Made by a program: the position numbers and the translations under genes. 64,000 nucleotides of DNA, taken from Paramoeba atlantica. Taxonomy: Eukaryota > Protista > Discosea. Positions 44,382-55,516 of this stretch are shown here, piece by piece (positions within the stretch are counted from its first letter, which is position 1; every line of letters starts with the position of its first letter). The notes under the pieces were generated by a model. It was given only the letters and a program-made list of their open reading frames with translations. It was not told the origin of the DNA and ran no database searches. The DNA is taken from contig CDRNVI010000099.1 of the NCBI GenBank assembly GCA_977017575.1, positions 188,586 to 252,585 on the forward strand, given 5' to 3'.

Positions 44382-45896
44382 CTATACCACCTTGATTCCC
44401 TCTTTCGTATTCGGCTCATTAGCACGCTTTACCAAAAAGTCGTACCACTCCTTGGGCGCCTCCTCCATAGGGTGAAACAGCGGCAGGAACACCTTCTCGT
44501 GCTTCCCGCAGTTTTTACAGTCATACACAAACTGTTTCACCCCATCCTCCGTTTTACTCGCAAGTCGCAGCACATCAGAAGTTACCGTTGTGGTGTGATA
44601 CCGACACGACGGACACAACAGACAGTTGGCGTAGTTGTGGTAGTCCCGAGACACCAACACACCCTTATGTGTACCACAGTTTGGACACTCCCACACACGA
44701 TACCTCGCACACTCCGAGGCCATCTCCACACGCTGGCCGGAGGTTAACCCCTTCGCCGGATCCGACCCCACCCGCATAAACGTCCCACACTTCTCACACC
44801 GTAAATCGGCAATCTGAAACCCAAACCACACCGTTAGGGCGGAAAAAAACAACGTCGCCCAGAACGTGTGGGTACGCAGCGCCCCAAAATACACCATCTG
44901 CTGCGCCACCCGCAGCCTCTCCTTCTGCCGCAGCGTCACCCACCGTGGCTGCCACAGCCCGCGACACTCCGCGGCGTGTCGCCCCACCGCCTGCACCAGG
45001 TGCACCATCCCCAGACTCGGGTCCCCCTCCCGCAGCCGCGGCTGCAACACCTCTCTCACCAACAGGGTCGCGAACGGGCCCCCGAAATACTCATCGAGAG
45101 CATAGGACGCCACGAGCTGCAGGCTCGCCTCATGGTGGGCCACGAGGCACAGCAGCCGCGGGGGGGCCTCCCCCCCCCTGCCCCACTCGTGGAACAGGCT
45201 CTGGGCGAACACCCGCGGGGGGACGTACCCCACCGTGGGGACGAGCACGAGGGTGAACTCGAGCCCGCAGAGGGAGCGGATCTGGTCCGCGAGGTGTTCC
45301 ATCTCGACCCGGTGGGTAGGGTCGAGGAGGCCGACGGTGTCGAGGACACGGTGCCGGCGCGGGGGGGTGAGGAGGCGCCAGGGGGTGGGGGAGGCGCGGG
45401 AGGCGGCGGTCGCGGTGGCCTGGGCCCGGGAGAGCGCGTGGAGGATGTCGTGGTGGGGGGAGGCCGGGGGGGTGGGGGGGAGGTGGGGGTTTGGGGGGTG
45501 AACCGTGTTGTGGTGGGTGTTGGTGTTGTGGGGTAGAACGTTTTGTTGTCCCGTGTTTAGAAATTGGGGATTGGTATTCTTATTCTTGTTATTATTGTCG
45601 TTGGTGATGTTGTTGTTGGATGTAATTTTTAAATGTTCTGTATTTTTGTTACTCGCGTTGTTATCTCCCCCGTGGGAAGGGTTTTGGGGGCTGGGGTGGA
45701 GCCTTGACTCGAACTTGGAGTCGAGTAGGGAGGCTCCGGGAAGGAGGGGCTGGGTGGTGTGGAGAGCTCTGCGAGGCGTGTGCAAGAGGGAAGGGGGGGA
45801 GAGGGCGTGATGGGGCGACCAACACCGCGATGGTCGCGGGGGGTAGGGGCGTAGGGGGGAGCGCTTGGTCACAACAGGGAGAGTGATGTGGGACAT
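44382..45896 (-). CDS. TPM-domain (TLP18.3/Psb32/MOLO-1) membrane protein with C-terminal Zn ribbons
   Basis: VLDTVGLL...LEFTLVLVPTV...FAQSLFHEWG...LLCLVA, one TM helix, then four CxxC pairs. Basic N-terminal extension. Confidence 0.75.
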   Translation of the reverse strand: MSHITLPVVTKRSPLRPYPPRPSRCWSPHHALSPPSLLHTPRRALHTTQPLLPGASLLDSKFESRLHPSPQNPSHGGDNNASNKNTEHLKITSNNNITNDNNNKNKNTNPQFLNTGQQNVLPHNTNTHHNTVHPPNPHLPPTPPASPHHDILHALSRAQATATAASRASPTPWRLLTPPRRHRVLDTVGLLDPTHRVEMEHLADQIRSLCGLEFTLVLVPTVGYVPPRVFAQSLFHEWGRGGEAPPRLLCLVAHHEASLQLVASYALDEYFGGPFATLLVREVLQPRLREGDPSLGMVHLVQAVGRHAAECRGLWQPRWVTLRQKERLRVAQQMVYFGALRTHTFWATLFFSALTVWFGFQIADLRCEKCGTFMRVGSDPAKGLTSGQRVEMASECARYRVWECPNCGTHKGVLVSRDYHNYANCLLCPSCRYHTTTVTSDVLRLASKTEDGVKQFVYDCKNCGKHEKVFLPLFHPMEEAPKEWYDFLVKRANEPNTKEGIKVV

Positions 45897-46006
45897 GGAA
45901 GTAGGTGATGGTCACAAGCAAAAATGAGGAGGAAGATAATTGGGGAGATGAGTAATATTTTAGGGTGTAATTGAACCCGTCTAAAGACTAAAAAAATAAC
46001 AAAGTA

Positions 46007-46330
46007 CTGTACCCCCCCGTTTATAATAGCCTCGCTTTTGCCCAAATGAACCTATAAAGGGGGGAGGGCGATTAAAAGTTGGCACAGGAATCGCCCTACA
46101 TTTGGGAGCGAGGAACCATGAATTATTCAATGGCTAAGTGGGCCCCGGCGCTCTGCCAAAGTAAAATCTCCACCACGACCCCGCGCCATACCTCGAAGAA
46201 TCATGTCAAAAAAACTATCAAAATATTTAAGACGGTGCAAGAAAAATAAAAAAAATCTTCCTCGTTTTGCCAAAAAAAGAACCTATAAAGACGGGAGGGG
46301 TCGAGGCTATTGTAAACAAGGGGGGTACAG
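46007..46330. mobile_element. TA-flanked MITE, followed by further pogo-type ends at 46337-46490 and ~46527
   Basis: TIRs ctgtacccccc.gtttataatagcctcg / cgaggctattgtaaacaagggggggtacag. The end at 46337 matches the left end of 52513-53656. Confidence 0.8.
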
Positions 46331-46656
46331 TAATTACTGTCCCACCCCCTACTTACTACAGAGTGCTCTGCCCCCTTATTTAATGTTGAATTTTAGACTT
46401 GGTTTTCTCACCCCAAAAGCATACCCCCCAGTAACAAAGATTTGGTCATTTTGGTTCAAAATCGATTCTATTACTGGGGAGTGTACGTTAGTATTTATTA
46501 TACGTATTATTTGTATTACTGTGCCCCCCCACTTATAGTGCCGCGGGGCACCCCCCCAATTATAGTGCCGTTTGAAAAAAAATGTCCTGAAAAAAATGAC
46601 TAATTTTTTTTGACCAAAAAGTGCAGTAAGCATGGTGGAAATTTCTAATATTGAGT

Positions 46657-46747
46657 GGCTTCGTTAAACGCGGTGGTTGTTTTCAACTTAAAAGTCACTC
46701 GTGCTGCGCGCTTAGCGTTGAAAACTACCTCCGCGTTTAGCGAAGCC
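46657..46747. repeat. ~91-bp palindromic element (second copy at 63602-63696)
   Basis: ggcttcgttaaacgcggtggttgttttcaac...gttgaaaactacctccgcgtttagcgaagcc. Confidence 0.85.
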
Positions 46748-47417
46748 ACTGAAATACGTTTTAGTAGTCGATTTATCAATCACGCATCAATCGCGGTCTC
46801 AAAGGAAGAAAGCGCCAGAGAAGCTTTAACAAAGAGCAAAAAGCAATTTTAAGGAAAGTGCACCTTAAATAGCTCCAAGAAATTATTGGTAAGCATGCAG
46901 TGACGAAGGTATTAGTCTTTTCCGTTATGGAAACATACGGAATACAGCTCGTCGTTTCGAAATTTGTTTACGAATTAATATTTCACAATTATTTATTTTA
47001 CACCCCCGCCCAAAAGTATTGTTCACAAAAATGGCCGACACACAAAGTATTGTGTTTATTAGTATCGACCATTTTTTTCAGTTTTGGCCTGACTTTTAGT
47101 TGTTTTTTTCTAATTTTCAGGAAATCAGCATAATGAGTTCTGATATACGCGGCCACTTGATCATCATCTCGAGGGAAGCTGAGTGATTTCTCTCCTATTT
47201 TTATGTTTCACTATACGTCTGCACAGATCCGATATGATAATGTCCAACTTTTTGGAGGCCAGTGGCAACTCGTGTAAATCGACAAAAAATTTTGTATTTA
47301 TTAGTATCGACAAAAAAATTTTCTATCTTTTCTTCTAGCTTTTTGCCGCGGGGACAACGACTTCCTCGCGTGGGAAGCTGTAAAGCGCCATAGGGAGCAT
47401 GTTCGGATGGTTATGTA

Positions 47418-47608
47418 ATCCAGGCTAAAGTGGACGAGGGAGATACTAAAGGCACCTTTGGAAAACCACCTCGAAACTGCAACGGTATCTCCCGGTTTGT
47501 AGAGCATTCTGATGTGACAAAAGGGTCTTTAACGGTGATACCGTTCCAGTTTCGAGGTGGTTTTCCAAAGGTGCCTTTAGTATCTCCCTCGTCCACTTTA
47601 GCCTGGAT
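47418..47608. mobile_element. Foldback MITE with ~73-bp arms
   Basis: atccaggctaaagtggacgagggagatactaaaggcacc... and its reverse complement, with TA on both sides. Confidence 0.85.
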
Positions 47609-48312
47609 TAAAAAAAAATATTAACAATTTTGCTACTATGGAGAGAGAGCAGATAAAATCGCTTTCTAAAAAGCACAACGTTTCGGAGCAATGTGTTTAT
47701 CAAGTAAAAGAAGGGCCTGAGGAAAGAAGAGCCTCTACGTTCAAGGCACTACTCCTCCCCCCCCCTAGTAAATACCTGTAAAGATGCCCATTACGCCCGA
47801 GCTTGGGTCTTCTTTACTTCGAGCTTGTTTATTAAAAAGTCTCACTCAAAAAATATTGTACCCGCGCTTCAGCGACGTCTCTTATTTGGTGCGTTTGGAA
47901 ACGTATGCAAGATGGAACTACCCACCTCTCCCTCCTTTCCCAAGAGAGTGTTTACATGCTTGCATTACACTTACTGTGACCCCCCCCCCCTTTAATATGG
48001 CACACGTTTTTGGGGTTTGTGCATATTAAGAGGGTTGAAACCTATGAGAGGCAAAACCTGGAAAAACCCATATATTGCTCATTGACATGGCGAAAAAAAA
48101 TACTTTGTTAAAAATAGTGAACAACATACTTGGTATCCATCGTGCGCTGCAAAACATTTTTTGCGCCACAAAAAATGAACATTTTGAACAAAGTATTTTT
48201 GGAAATAAACCCTCAGAAAGGGTAGCCAAGGTCATGGCGCACATTTTCCACCCCCGTACTCGGGGACGGGTCCCCCTGGTATCAACAGCCTATCAATGTC
48301 AATGGTCGCCTA

Positions 48313-48782
48313 TCAATGCATGGTCATCCAGAGATAATTCGTCAGGGTGAGTGGAAGGTATCTCCAACCAAAGGAGCCGCGAATGCCGCCGTAAATTTCC
48401 ATGGCGCTTCCCCAGTGTATTTTCGTCACGTCACCCGCTAGATTGCATGACACACCTTTCCAAGCACACGCTGTGACATTGGTACGCCACGTAGGGTGCA
48501 GGCCTTCCATATTTTCTACCAAACGCGCTAAGTCGTATTCCTGCGGGATTACGGCACCCCGAATTCTGTGAGGAGCTCGTGCAGTGGGATCGGATGACAA
48601 CGTATGTAGTAAAAGGAGGCTGCTCTCGCGACGATGAGCTACGTGATCCGCGAGGGTGAGCAGCATCATGCAAGTAGTTCTGTATTCAAGTTGGTGTACG
48701 GTAATGTACAGTAACGGGATAAGTCTTTGATACAACGTTGTCGAAACCAACTTTATTTGACGTAAATATAAAAATATATATA
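48313..48782 (-). pseudogene. 5' fragment of an LRR family gene
   Basis: N-cap and first LRR, then a stop. Source or sister of 37845-38245. Confidence 0.75.
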
Positions 48783-49097
48783 AAAAAAATGACGTACCGT
48801 TTGCCAGTGGTTTCCCGGTGGTGGTATATGGGTAGATAGAAAAAAAGTAGAATAGGTGATTGAAGCAATGTACAGTTAGCGAATGAATTTGTCGTGAAGT
48901 GCTTATAAAAAGCGAAAGAAAAGTAGTCTTCTGTCATTCTACAGCGTTAGTAGTCGTTCTACAGCGTGGACTCATAACTTAGTTTTCTATGTACAATATA
49001 TCGCAATAAATTCTTACAGGCGTATTTCGAATGATAAACAGGGGTGTAGAAATGGCAGTTCTCTGACTGAAGAATCGTGAATCGTATAAATTGTTTG

Positions 49098-49820
49098 TTA
49101 TACCGTATATCGTATTTTTGTTTTCGAAATGAAGACTCCATCCCGGACACGGGGTGGAAGATCAGCTTTGCTGAATTCTCCGAACAGTTCTTCGTTGTCT
49201 GACAAATAGAGAATCCTTAGCATTGGGGGCAAATGACTGAGGTCAACGAACCCTGTAAATTTATTGTTATCTAGCCACACATATTCGATTTCCAACGGGA
49301 GTTGACGCAAATCAAGCTCACCAGAAAAATGGTTGTCGCTAATATAAAGTTTCTGAAGTTTTTTTGGCAAATTCGTGAGACAAACCTTACCGGTAAACAT
49401 GTTTTCATCTAAAGATAACCGTATTAAAGGCTCTGGAAGTGCAGAGAAGTTTACACAACCTTCGAAATTATTATTGTCCATTCTTAAAAAGACAAGTCTC
49501 GGTGGTAAATCACTTACTGATACCTGGCCACAAAGCTTGTTCCCAGAGACGATAAATTTCTCAAGGGATTCCGGGAGATATCTTAACTGCAATGGTCCAG
49601 TCAAGGAAGCGTCAGACCAATCAATTTGTTGAATTTCACTGTGCGCGTTGCAGTGCACGCCATACCACGTACAGGCCGGTTTTTCAGTGCTCCAATCTGC
49701 ACGGGATCCTTCTACGCGTTCAATCAATCTAGCAAGATGAAACTCTTGTGGAAGATTCGCAAAGCTTACTTTCGAAGTGTGCGATATTGCTCGGGTATCA
49801 GAAGCATGAAAGCAATGCAT
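49098..49820 (-). CDS. Leucine-rich repeat protein
   Basis: Intact 240-aa ORF with KVSFANLPQE, WSTEKPACTWYGVHC cap and LRR repeats. Confidence 0.88.
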   Translation of the reverse strand: MHCFHASDTRAISHTSKVSFANLPQEFHLARLIERVEGSRADWSTEKPACTWYGVHCNAHSEIQQIDWSDASLTGPLQLRYLPESLEKFIVSGNKLCGQVSVSDLPPRLVFLRMDNNNFEGCVNFSALPEPLIRLSLDENMFTGKVCLTNLPKKLQKLYISDNHFSGELDLRQLPLEIEYVWLDNNKFTGFVDLSHLPPMLRILYLSDNEELFGEFSKADLPPRVRDGVFISKTKIRYTV

Positions 49821-49867
49821 GCCTATAACCAGTATGGCAAAAGAAAGGAATAACTAAATTTAGACTA

Positions 49868-49971
49868 CTCCCCGGGTCAAAAATAAAGGAAAATGAAAAT
49901 CCAGAAAAGGAAAATTCATTTTTCAGTTTAATTTTCATTTTTCATTTTCCTTTATTTTGATCAGGGTGGAG
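49868..49971. mobile_element. Small MITE-like inverted repeat
   Basis: ctccccgggtcaaaaataaaggaaaatgaaaa / ttttcattttcctttattttgatcagggtggag. Confidence 0.6.
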
Positions 49972-50591
49972 AAAATATGAAGTATGGCGCTGAAGTTGTG
50001 GAGTGGAGTCATAAAAACGTAATATATTGGGAAATTTCAAGATGATGTCGGTGTAAAGGGGAGAAAATCTGACAATGTACTACGTAGGAGTGAGCAGATA
50101 AAATAAGATAAAAGCTTTTGGTATAAATGTTTTTTCGCCCAAGTCATTGGAATCACTCCTTATCGTTTTATAAATGTTGGTAGTTTATGTGTTTCATAGT
50201 TTTTGCTCGACTCATTCGATTTTATGCCGTAGGTATGTCGTCCACTGATTGACATACACTGACAAAGTATGTAGCATAGAATGATTGTATGCCGTATCTA
50301 TGTCGTCCACTGATTGACATACATTGACAATGTGTGTAGCATACAATGATTGTATGCTGAAACGTACTTTTCCAACTGGACTGGATTCCAACGTTCTTTG
50401 CGTCTCTCTGCTTCAGGGGCCGATATTTCTTTATCCCCAGCGATGGTATAGTGTTATTGCTTGGCGTCCACTTTCACATCGGTGCCCTTTTCGGAGGCGC
50501 CATAATGCGAGTTAAAGTAAGAAATTTTGCAGAATGTGTACTTAAGTGACCGATAAACAAGGTGAAAGGACAAAAAAAGGAAAAAGAAAAA

Positions 50592-51690
50592 TTTCTTTTT
50601 TTTTTCTTTCCCTCACTTCCCCCCATTTTGAAAACGAGCAAAATATATAACTAGTAAATACATGCTTTCCCATCTTACCCACTTCCCCATACCAATCTTT
50701 CCAGCTTTCCAGGGAGGGTAAGGTCTCCCTCTGCTAGGAGGGGCAGACTTTCCCCTAACCGTTCGCGCGCTCCGGACCGGGTCTTTCGACCTCTCCCGAG
50801 CCTGCATTGGGAACCCTTCCCTTGTTATACGGGAGGGCGCAGGTTTTTTTTAACCGTTTGATATGTTAACCCCCCTAGGCCCACCGGAAGCCTACCCCCC
50901 CCCTGGTCCTACCCCCTAACCCCGCGGCGGTACCAGTCCTGTACCGCCGCCTGCACAATCTGGGCATTCCCTCTCTGGATGGCCACCCCGATGGCCATTA
51001 AGAGATGGGCGAGACACCCATTCTTGTCCGATGAGTGGGCCCGGGCCACCTTGTTGAGGAAGGTGAAGGTTTCTGGGCCCGGGATCCCGTACGTGGAGAA
51101 GGCCAGAGGGTGGAATTCCATGCCCCTCACCAGCGCCATCTCCTCATGAGAGCGCCTTTTGTTGGCCTCAGCCATCCTCAACGTGTGGGATGGCTCCGCG
51201 GCCTCCTTCTCCACGACGGGGCCAGTGGGTTCACAACTGTGACGTCAACCAGGACGATCTTCCGTCCCAGCCGGAAACAGATGTCTGGCCCCCGTCCATT
51301 GTCGAACCTCGGCTCGTGGAGGTCCGGGTTGAACCCATAATGGACCAAGAGGCTCCGAAACGTCTCTTTGACTTCCTTATGGCGGGAGGCCTGAGTTTTC
51401 CCCTTCACCTTCTTGCAGTCCAGAGCGTGTACGTAAAACTCATCATTGCTGAGGGTTGCACCGCACACGCACTGGAGCTCAGGCTCCGAGGTCGGGGCGA
51501 CCAGGTACCGGAGGCGGGCCGCAGTCTCCCACTCGCGCGACCCCCGCTAAATAGGGGGGGGAAGGTGGTAGTTGTGGGGTACGGAGGCCTCTCACAACTC
51601 CGGGGCTCACCGGGAGCAAAGGTGAGCTTCCATAGCACCTCGCACCAACTTTTCGAAAAAGTTGAAATCCGTGCCTAAAATTTTATGCAT
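50592..51690 (-). mobile_element. 3' fragment of a CRE-like (CRE/SLACS/CZAR clade-like) non-LTR retrotransposon
   Basis: EWETAARLRY, CVCG...HALDC, SRHKEV, GPDI, LVDVTV, FHPLAFSTYG and VAIQRGNA, then a 3' UTR and A10 tail (T run at 50596-50605). 5'-truncated and frameshifted. Confidence 0.85.
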
Positions 51691-51790
51691 GTGGATGTGC
51701 TGTTATGCATGTGAATGTGCTATATGCATTTGAATGCGCCGCTTAGTATGCATTATAAACGTGCCGTTAATATGCATTATAAATGTGCTA
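51686..51790. repeat. Degenerate ~22-25-bp minisatellite (atgcat-anchored) at the 5' junction of the CRE fragment
   Basis: atgcatgtggatgtgct / atgcatgtgaatgtgct / atgcatttgaatgcgcc / atgcattataaacgtgcc / atgcattataaatgtgct. Confidence 0.7.
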
Positions 51791-52140
51791 ACGCCATTGC
51801 CCTCCATCACATCAGGGGAAACAGACAACTTCTTCATGACGCGACCCACCGCAAGAAAAGGCTCACAAATATGGGGGGTCATGATTGATATTCATGTATC
51901 AACCATGCTCCTAGACTTAATACCCAAGGGGTTTCGTCCATTTGGGACAGAATCGCTCCACTACGTGAGGATCTGCACATATTGACATAACATAACGTTG
52001 TACGAGAATGAGGGCTCACGAAGGGCTTCTTTTTCTTTCAGTTATTCGTGGTTCAAAACTTCAACATGTAAATGGTTTTGCAGTACATGCAGCAACTTTA
52101 AACTGGTGTGTTTTCATTACAGAAGGTAAATAAGTAGGCA

Positions 52141-52223
52141 AATAAAGATACAGTTTCTGTACCTTGCTGGTACATTTTCGCTAGTTCATCTTTTCTTTTC
52201 CCGGAAACGGGCATACTCTTTTT
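52141..52223 (+). ncRNA. Spliced-leader-RNA-like sequence (gene, pseudogene or short retrocopy)
   Basis: aataaagatACAGTTTCTGTACcttgctg|GTAC..., terminal hairpin CCCG-GAAA-CGGG, then a T-tract. Confidence 0.55.
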
Positions 52224-52512
52224 GTGAGTATCGGTCAACGTCTCGTCATGGCACACTCCCATAGCTGCTGTAATAGTTTTTATGATAATAATTATTAATA
52301 AAAATAATAATTATGCGATATAAAATTATTAAGAATTATTATAGCTTCTTCTCAGGGTGAAAGTGGCGCCGCGAAGCGGCGCTGAATTTTTTATAACGCA
52401 CGTGATGGTGAGTATCTTTATCGTTTACTACCCATGCAACAAGTAGTAGATCTATAATAATTATTAATAATTCTTAATAATAGCCTAGTATTACAGACTT
52501 CAAATATTAATA

Positions 52513-53656
52513 CTGTCCCCCCTATTTACTATTGAGTGCTCAACCCCCCCTATTTAGTGTTGAATTTTGGGTTCGGTGCGTATAGGCGCCGCGAAGCGGC
52601 GCTTAATTTTTTTTTCTTATCTCTGCTTGTTATTTGTGATTGGTTACTCTCCATCTCATTGATTTTAATAAATATAATTTATAACAAAAATGAAAATTTA
52701 TATTCATATTTATGTTTATAAAAATCAATTAGAAAGCTTCCCAAGGATACTGATTTTTGCATCGACTTTACATCGGTTAAGAAGTTTCAGTTCAGTTCCG
52801 GTAAGTAAACATAGAGTAAGTAATGAAAATGTGTCGAGAGAAGCGCTCTTCCTAACAACAAATTTATCTAAAAAATTAACTACTGGTGGTAAATAAATTT
52901 ACGAAGGCTTTTACAAAACAAAGGGGTGATCAGCACTTTCAGGGGAAATTATGTCCTCTTCATTTTCATCAAGAACCGGTATTACTGTAAACAGTTCGCT
53001 CGCACGGCGAATCGAAATTCGCTTCAAGGATACTTTCTGGCTTATTTAGACTTTCCGGTGAAATTCCGACCTTACCCCACGCTTGAACATTGGCATGCCT
53101 CTGCCGATTATCGTTGAGGTGGGCGTACGTTTTGATAATACTGTCAATAAGCTGTGCTTTGCTTATTTTTACTCCGATGGACCGAGTGTCACCGATTCGC
53201 TTTCCCTCATTGTATTGAGTCTGGCAGTATTTCAGTAAGGCCAAGGTTCGATAGTATATATAATAGTTTTAGCTTCAAACGGTTAAATAAACCCACATCG
53301 CAAGGCTGAAGTCTTCATGTGCACTTTGCTGGAATGTACACAATTCGCAACCATGAAAAGGTGTCTTCGTTGCGCGTGATAAGTGCAGAGCGTGTGGTAT
53401 GTACAGAGCAGCAATCCAAGATAAGCAATCCAAAATAAAATACGTCTCCCCACAGGACTTTTATACAAATGCCCCACAGCGTTCATAAAGACGTATCCCC
53501 AACCGAGTGAAAAAATACTACAATCATGGTTTTAAAAACAATAGGCCGCGAAGCCTATTCTCTCCTCCCCTTTTTTGAGGGGAGGAGATTGCTTACCCCC
53601 CCTATTTAGTGTTGAATTTTTCCGAATTTCACTCAACACTAAATAGAGGGCGACAG
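52513..53656 (-). mobile_element. pogo/Tigger-like transposon, decayed deletion derivative
   Basis: TIRs ctgtc(c/g)ccc(c/t)ctattta.t.ttgagtg with TA TSD. The minus strand encodes LLILDCCSVHTT and IPAKCT*RLQPCDVGLFNRLK (DDE_1 motifs). Confidence 0.85.
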
Positions 53657-53765
53657 TAATTCTGCAGCTATGCACACTCCGTGGCTCGGGGGACAAACAT
53701 TGGCCTGGGGGGCAAACAGTACATGAAAATTAAACTCATTACATCTGTGCTCCGATATATTGCCA

Positions 53766-54701
53766 TCAACTGAGAAGGGTAATTCGAGTATTATCTACCC
53801 ATGAAATCAATCCAGCGGGAAGATTAGCCTTGTTTAATGTGCCAGATAGATCAGCATTATTTGATAAAAATAGAAACCGCATCGTGAGTGGAAAATTTCC
53901 GAAACGAAGTTCTCCTGAAAAATCGTTGTCATTCAATGCAAGGCAATGTAATGACCTTGGGAATTCATGAATATGCACGGCACCAGTAAACCTGTTACCA
54001 TGCAAATCAAGCACAAGAAGACTAGAAGGTAGGTTGCAAAAACTAACATTGCCAAAAAAATGATTACGATCAAGCTGTAGCTGTTTCAGACTTGCGGGAA
54101 GTGACGTTAAGTCCACGGTGCTCGAAAAATGGTTACACCCTAGAGTAAGTCTTGAAATAGTAACCGGAAGTGTACTCAAACATATTTCCCCCGCTAGTGC
54201 ATTTTGGAACACGCTCAGCTCTCTCATACCAAATCGTAGGGAGGATAAGTCTATGTTGCCCACAAAGGTATTCTTGTCGAGAATAAATTTTTCCAGCCCT
54301 TCAGGCAGGTTAGCTAGAGATACCTCACCCTTGAAGCCATTAATCCGGAGATTGCAATTTACAAGCGTATGAGGTAAATGAATCAAATGGAGCACTCCGC
54401 GGTAGTAATTCGTTGGCCCGAACGAGAAAGCATTATCCCAGCCTATTCCAGTCACTACACGGTGTTCGCTGCAGATGACACCATCCCACTCGCAGGCTGC
54501 GATTTCGACATTCCACGTCGCATGCGGATTCTCAATGTCTCGTATGCATTGCATGAGCTTAATTTCTTGAGGAAGATTGGCAGAATGAACCTTGGAAGGT
54601 TTCCGTAACACAGGGTCCTTCGTGTGACTAATCTTTTCATCCGAAATATTGCAGTCGAGAAAAAGTTTGCGCCGTTTAGGAGAAGGTTCTCGCAGATCCA
54701 T
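53766..54701 (-). CDS. Leucine-rich repeat protein
   Basis: Intact 311-aa ORF with HATWNVEIAACEWDGVIC cap and about 8 LRRs. N-terminal PSPKRRK is NLS-like. Confidence 0.9.
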   Translation of the reverse strand: MDLREPSPKRRKLFLDCNISDEKISHTKDPVLRKPSKVHSANLPQEIKLMQCIRDIENPHATWNVEIAACEWDGVICSEHRVVTGIGWDNAFSFGPTNYYRGVLHLIHLPHTLVNCNLRINGFKGEVSLANLPEGLEKFILDKNTFVGNIDLSSLRFGMRELSVFQNALAGEICLSTLPVTISRLTLGCNHFSSTVDLTSLPASLKQLQLDRNHFFGNVSFCNLPSSLLVLDLHGNRFTGAVHIHEFPRSLHCLALNDNDFSGELRFGNFPLTMRFLFLSNNADLSGTLNKANLPAGLISWVDNTRITLLS

Positions 54702-55516
54702 GATACGTGAAAATGTATTTCCAAACTTCTACTGACGATATTCATGATTCCTGGCACCTGCCCAACACTGATTCTTAAGCAAGTGTTTAAAAAGAAATTA
54801 ATGTAATGATGTGTCCTTTTAAATCTAATGACGTTTGACATTAGCGTAAAGCAAAAAAAGTATAGGCAATGGAAGCGTTCGATGAAAAATTATGGAGCGG
54901 ACAGCCTATTCGACATCAGTGTAGGTGTCACTGATGTTACCTATTCGCAGCTGGCTAATTAATATCGGCGGCAAAGTAGTTGGTCGGCACGACGACGAAT
55001 GAGAGTTATCGTGGTTGTTGTCCCCTTTCAGGTTCCAAGCACACAATTCTTTGTTCGCTCTCTAATTGGGATGGGGGGTTGCGCAACCAATGGTTTCCCT
55101 TTTGTACATTAGGATGTCCAAAACTATTACTACCAGACAGGTGTCTGGTACCTACATCATATGGTACGTATATCATATGGACTCGGACACGCCTGCTGCA
55201 TAAGGCATGTACCTATGATAGTTCGACCCACAGTTCTCATATAGGGTACGAGCATACGGGCGGCATTGCACAAAGCACTATGTGGACCATAGTGTCAAGC
55301 GAACTTTTGATACTAGCTGAATATTTTCAGGAATAAACGCGAAAAAACAAGGTTGTTTCCTGAAAAGTACAACTGTGATAGATTTTGTGGAAGGTTCGCG
55401 ACGTCCAGTTTTCTGCAGAATTAGTTCTAAGAACACTTCACTTTTCGCTATAAGAAAGGAAGAAATTCCAAAGTATTTCTAGAAAAAGTATTGTGTTCGA
55501 CCAGGAAAAGTAGATA

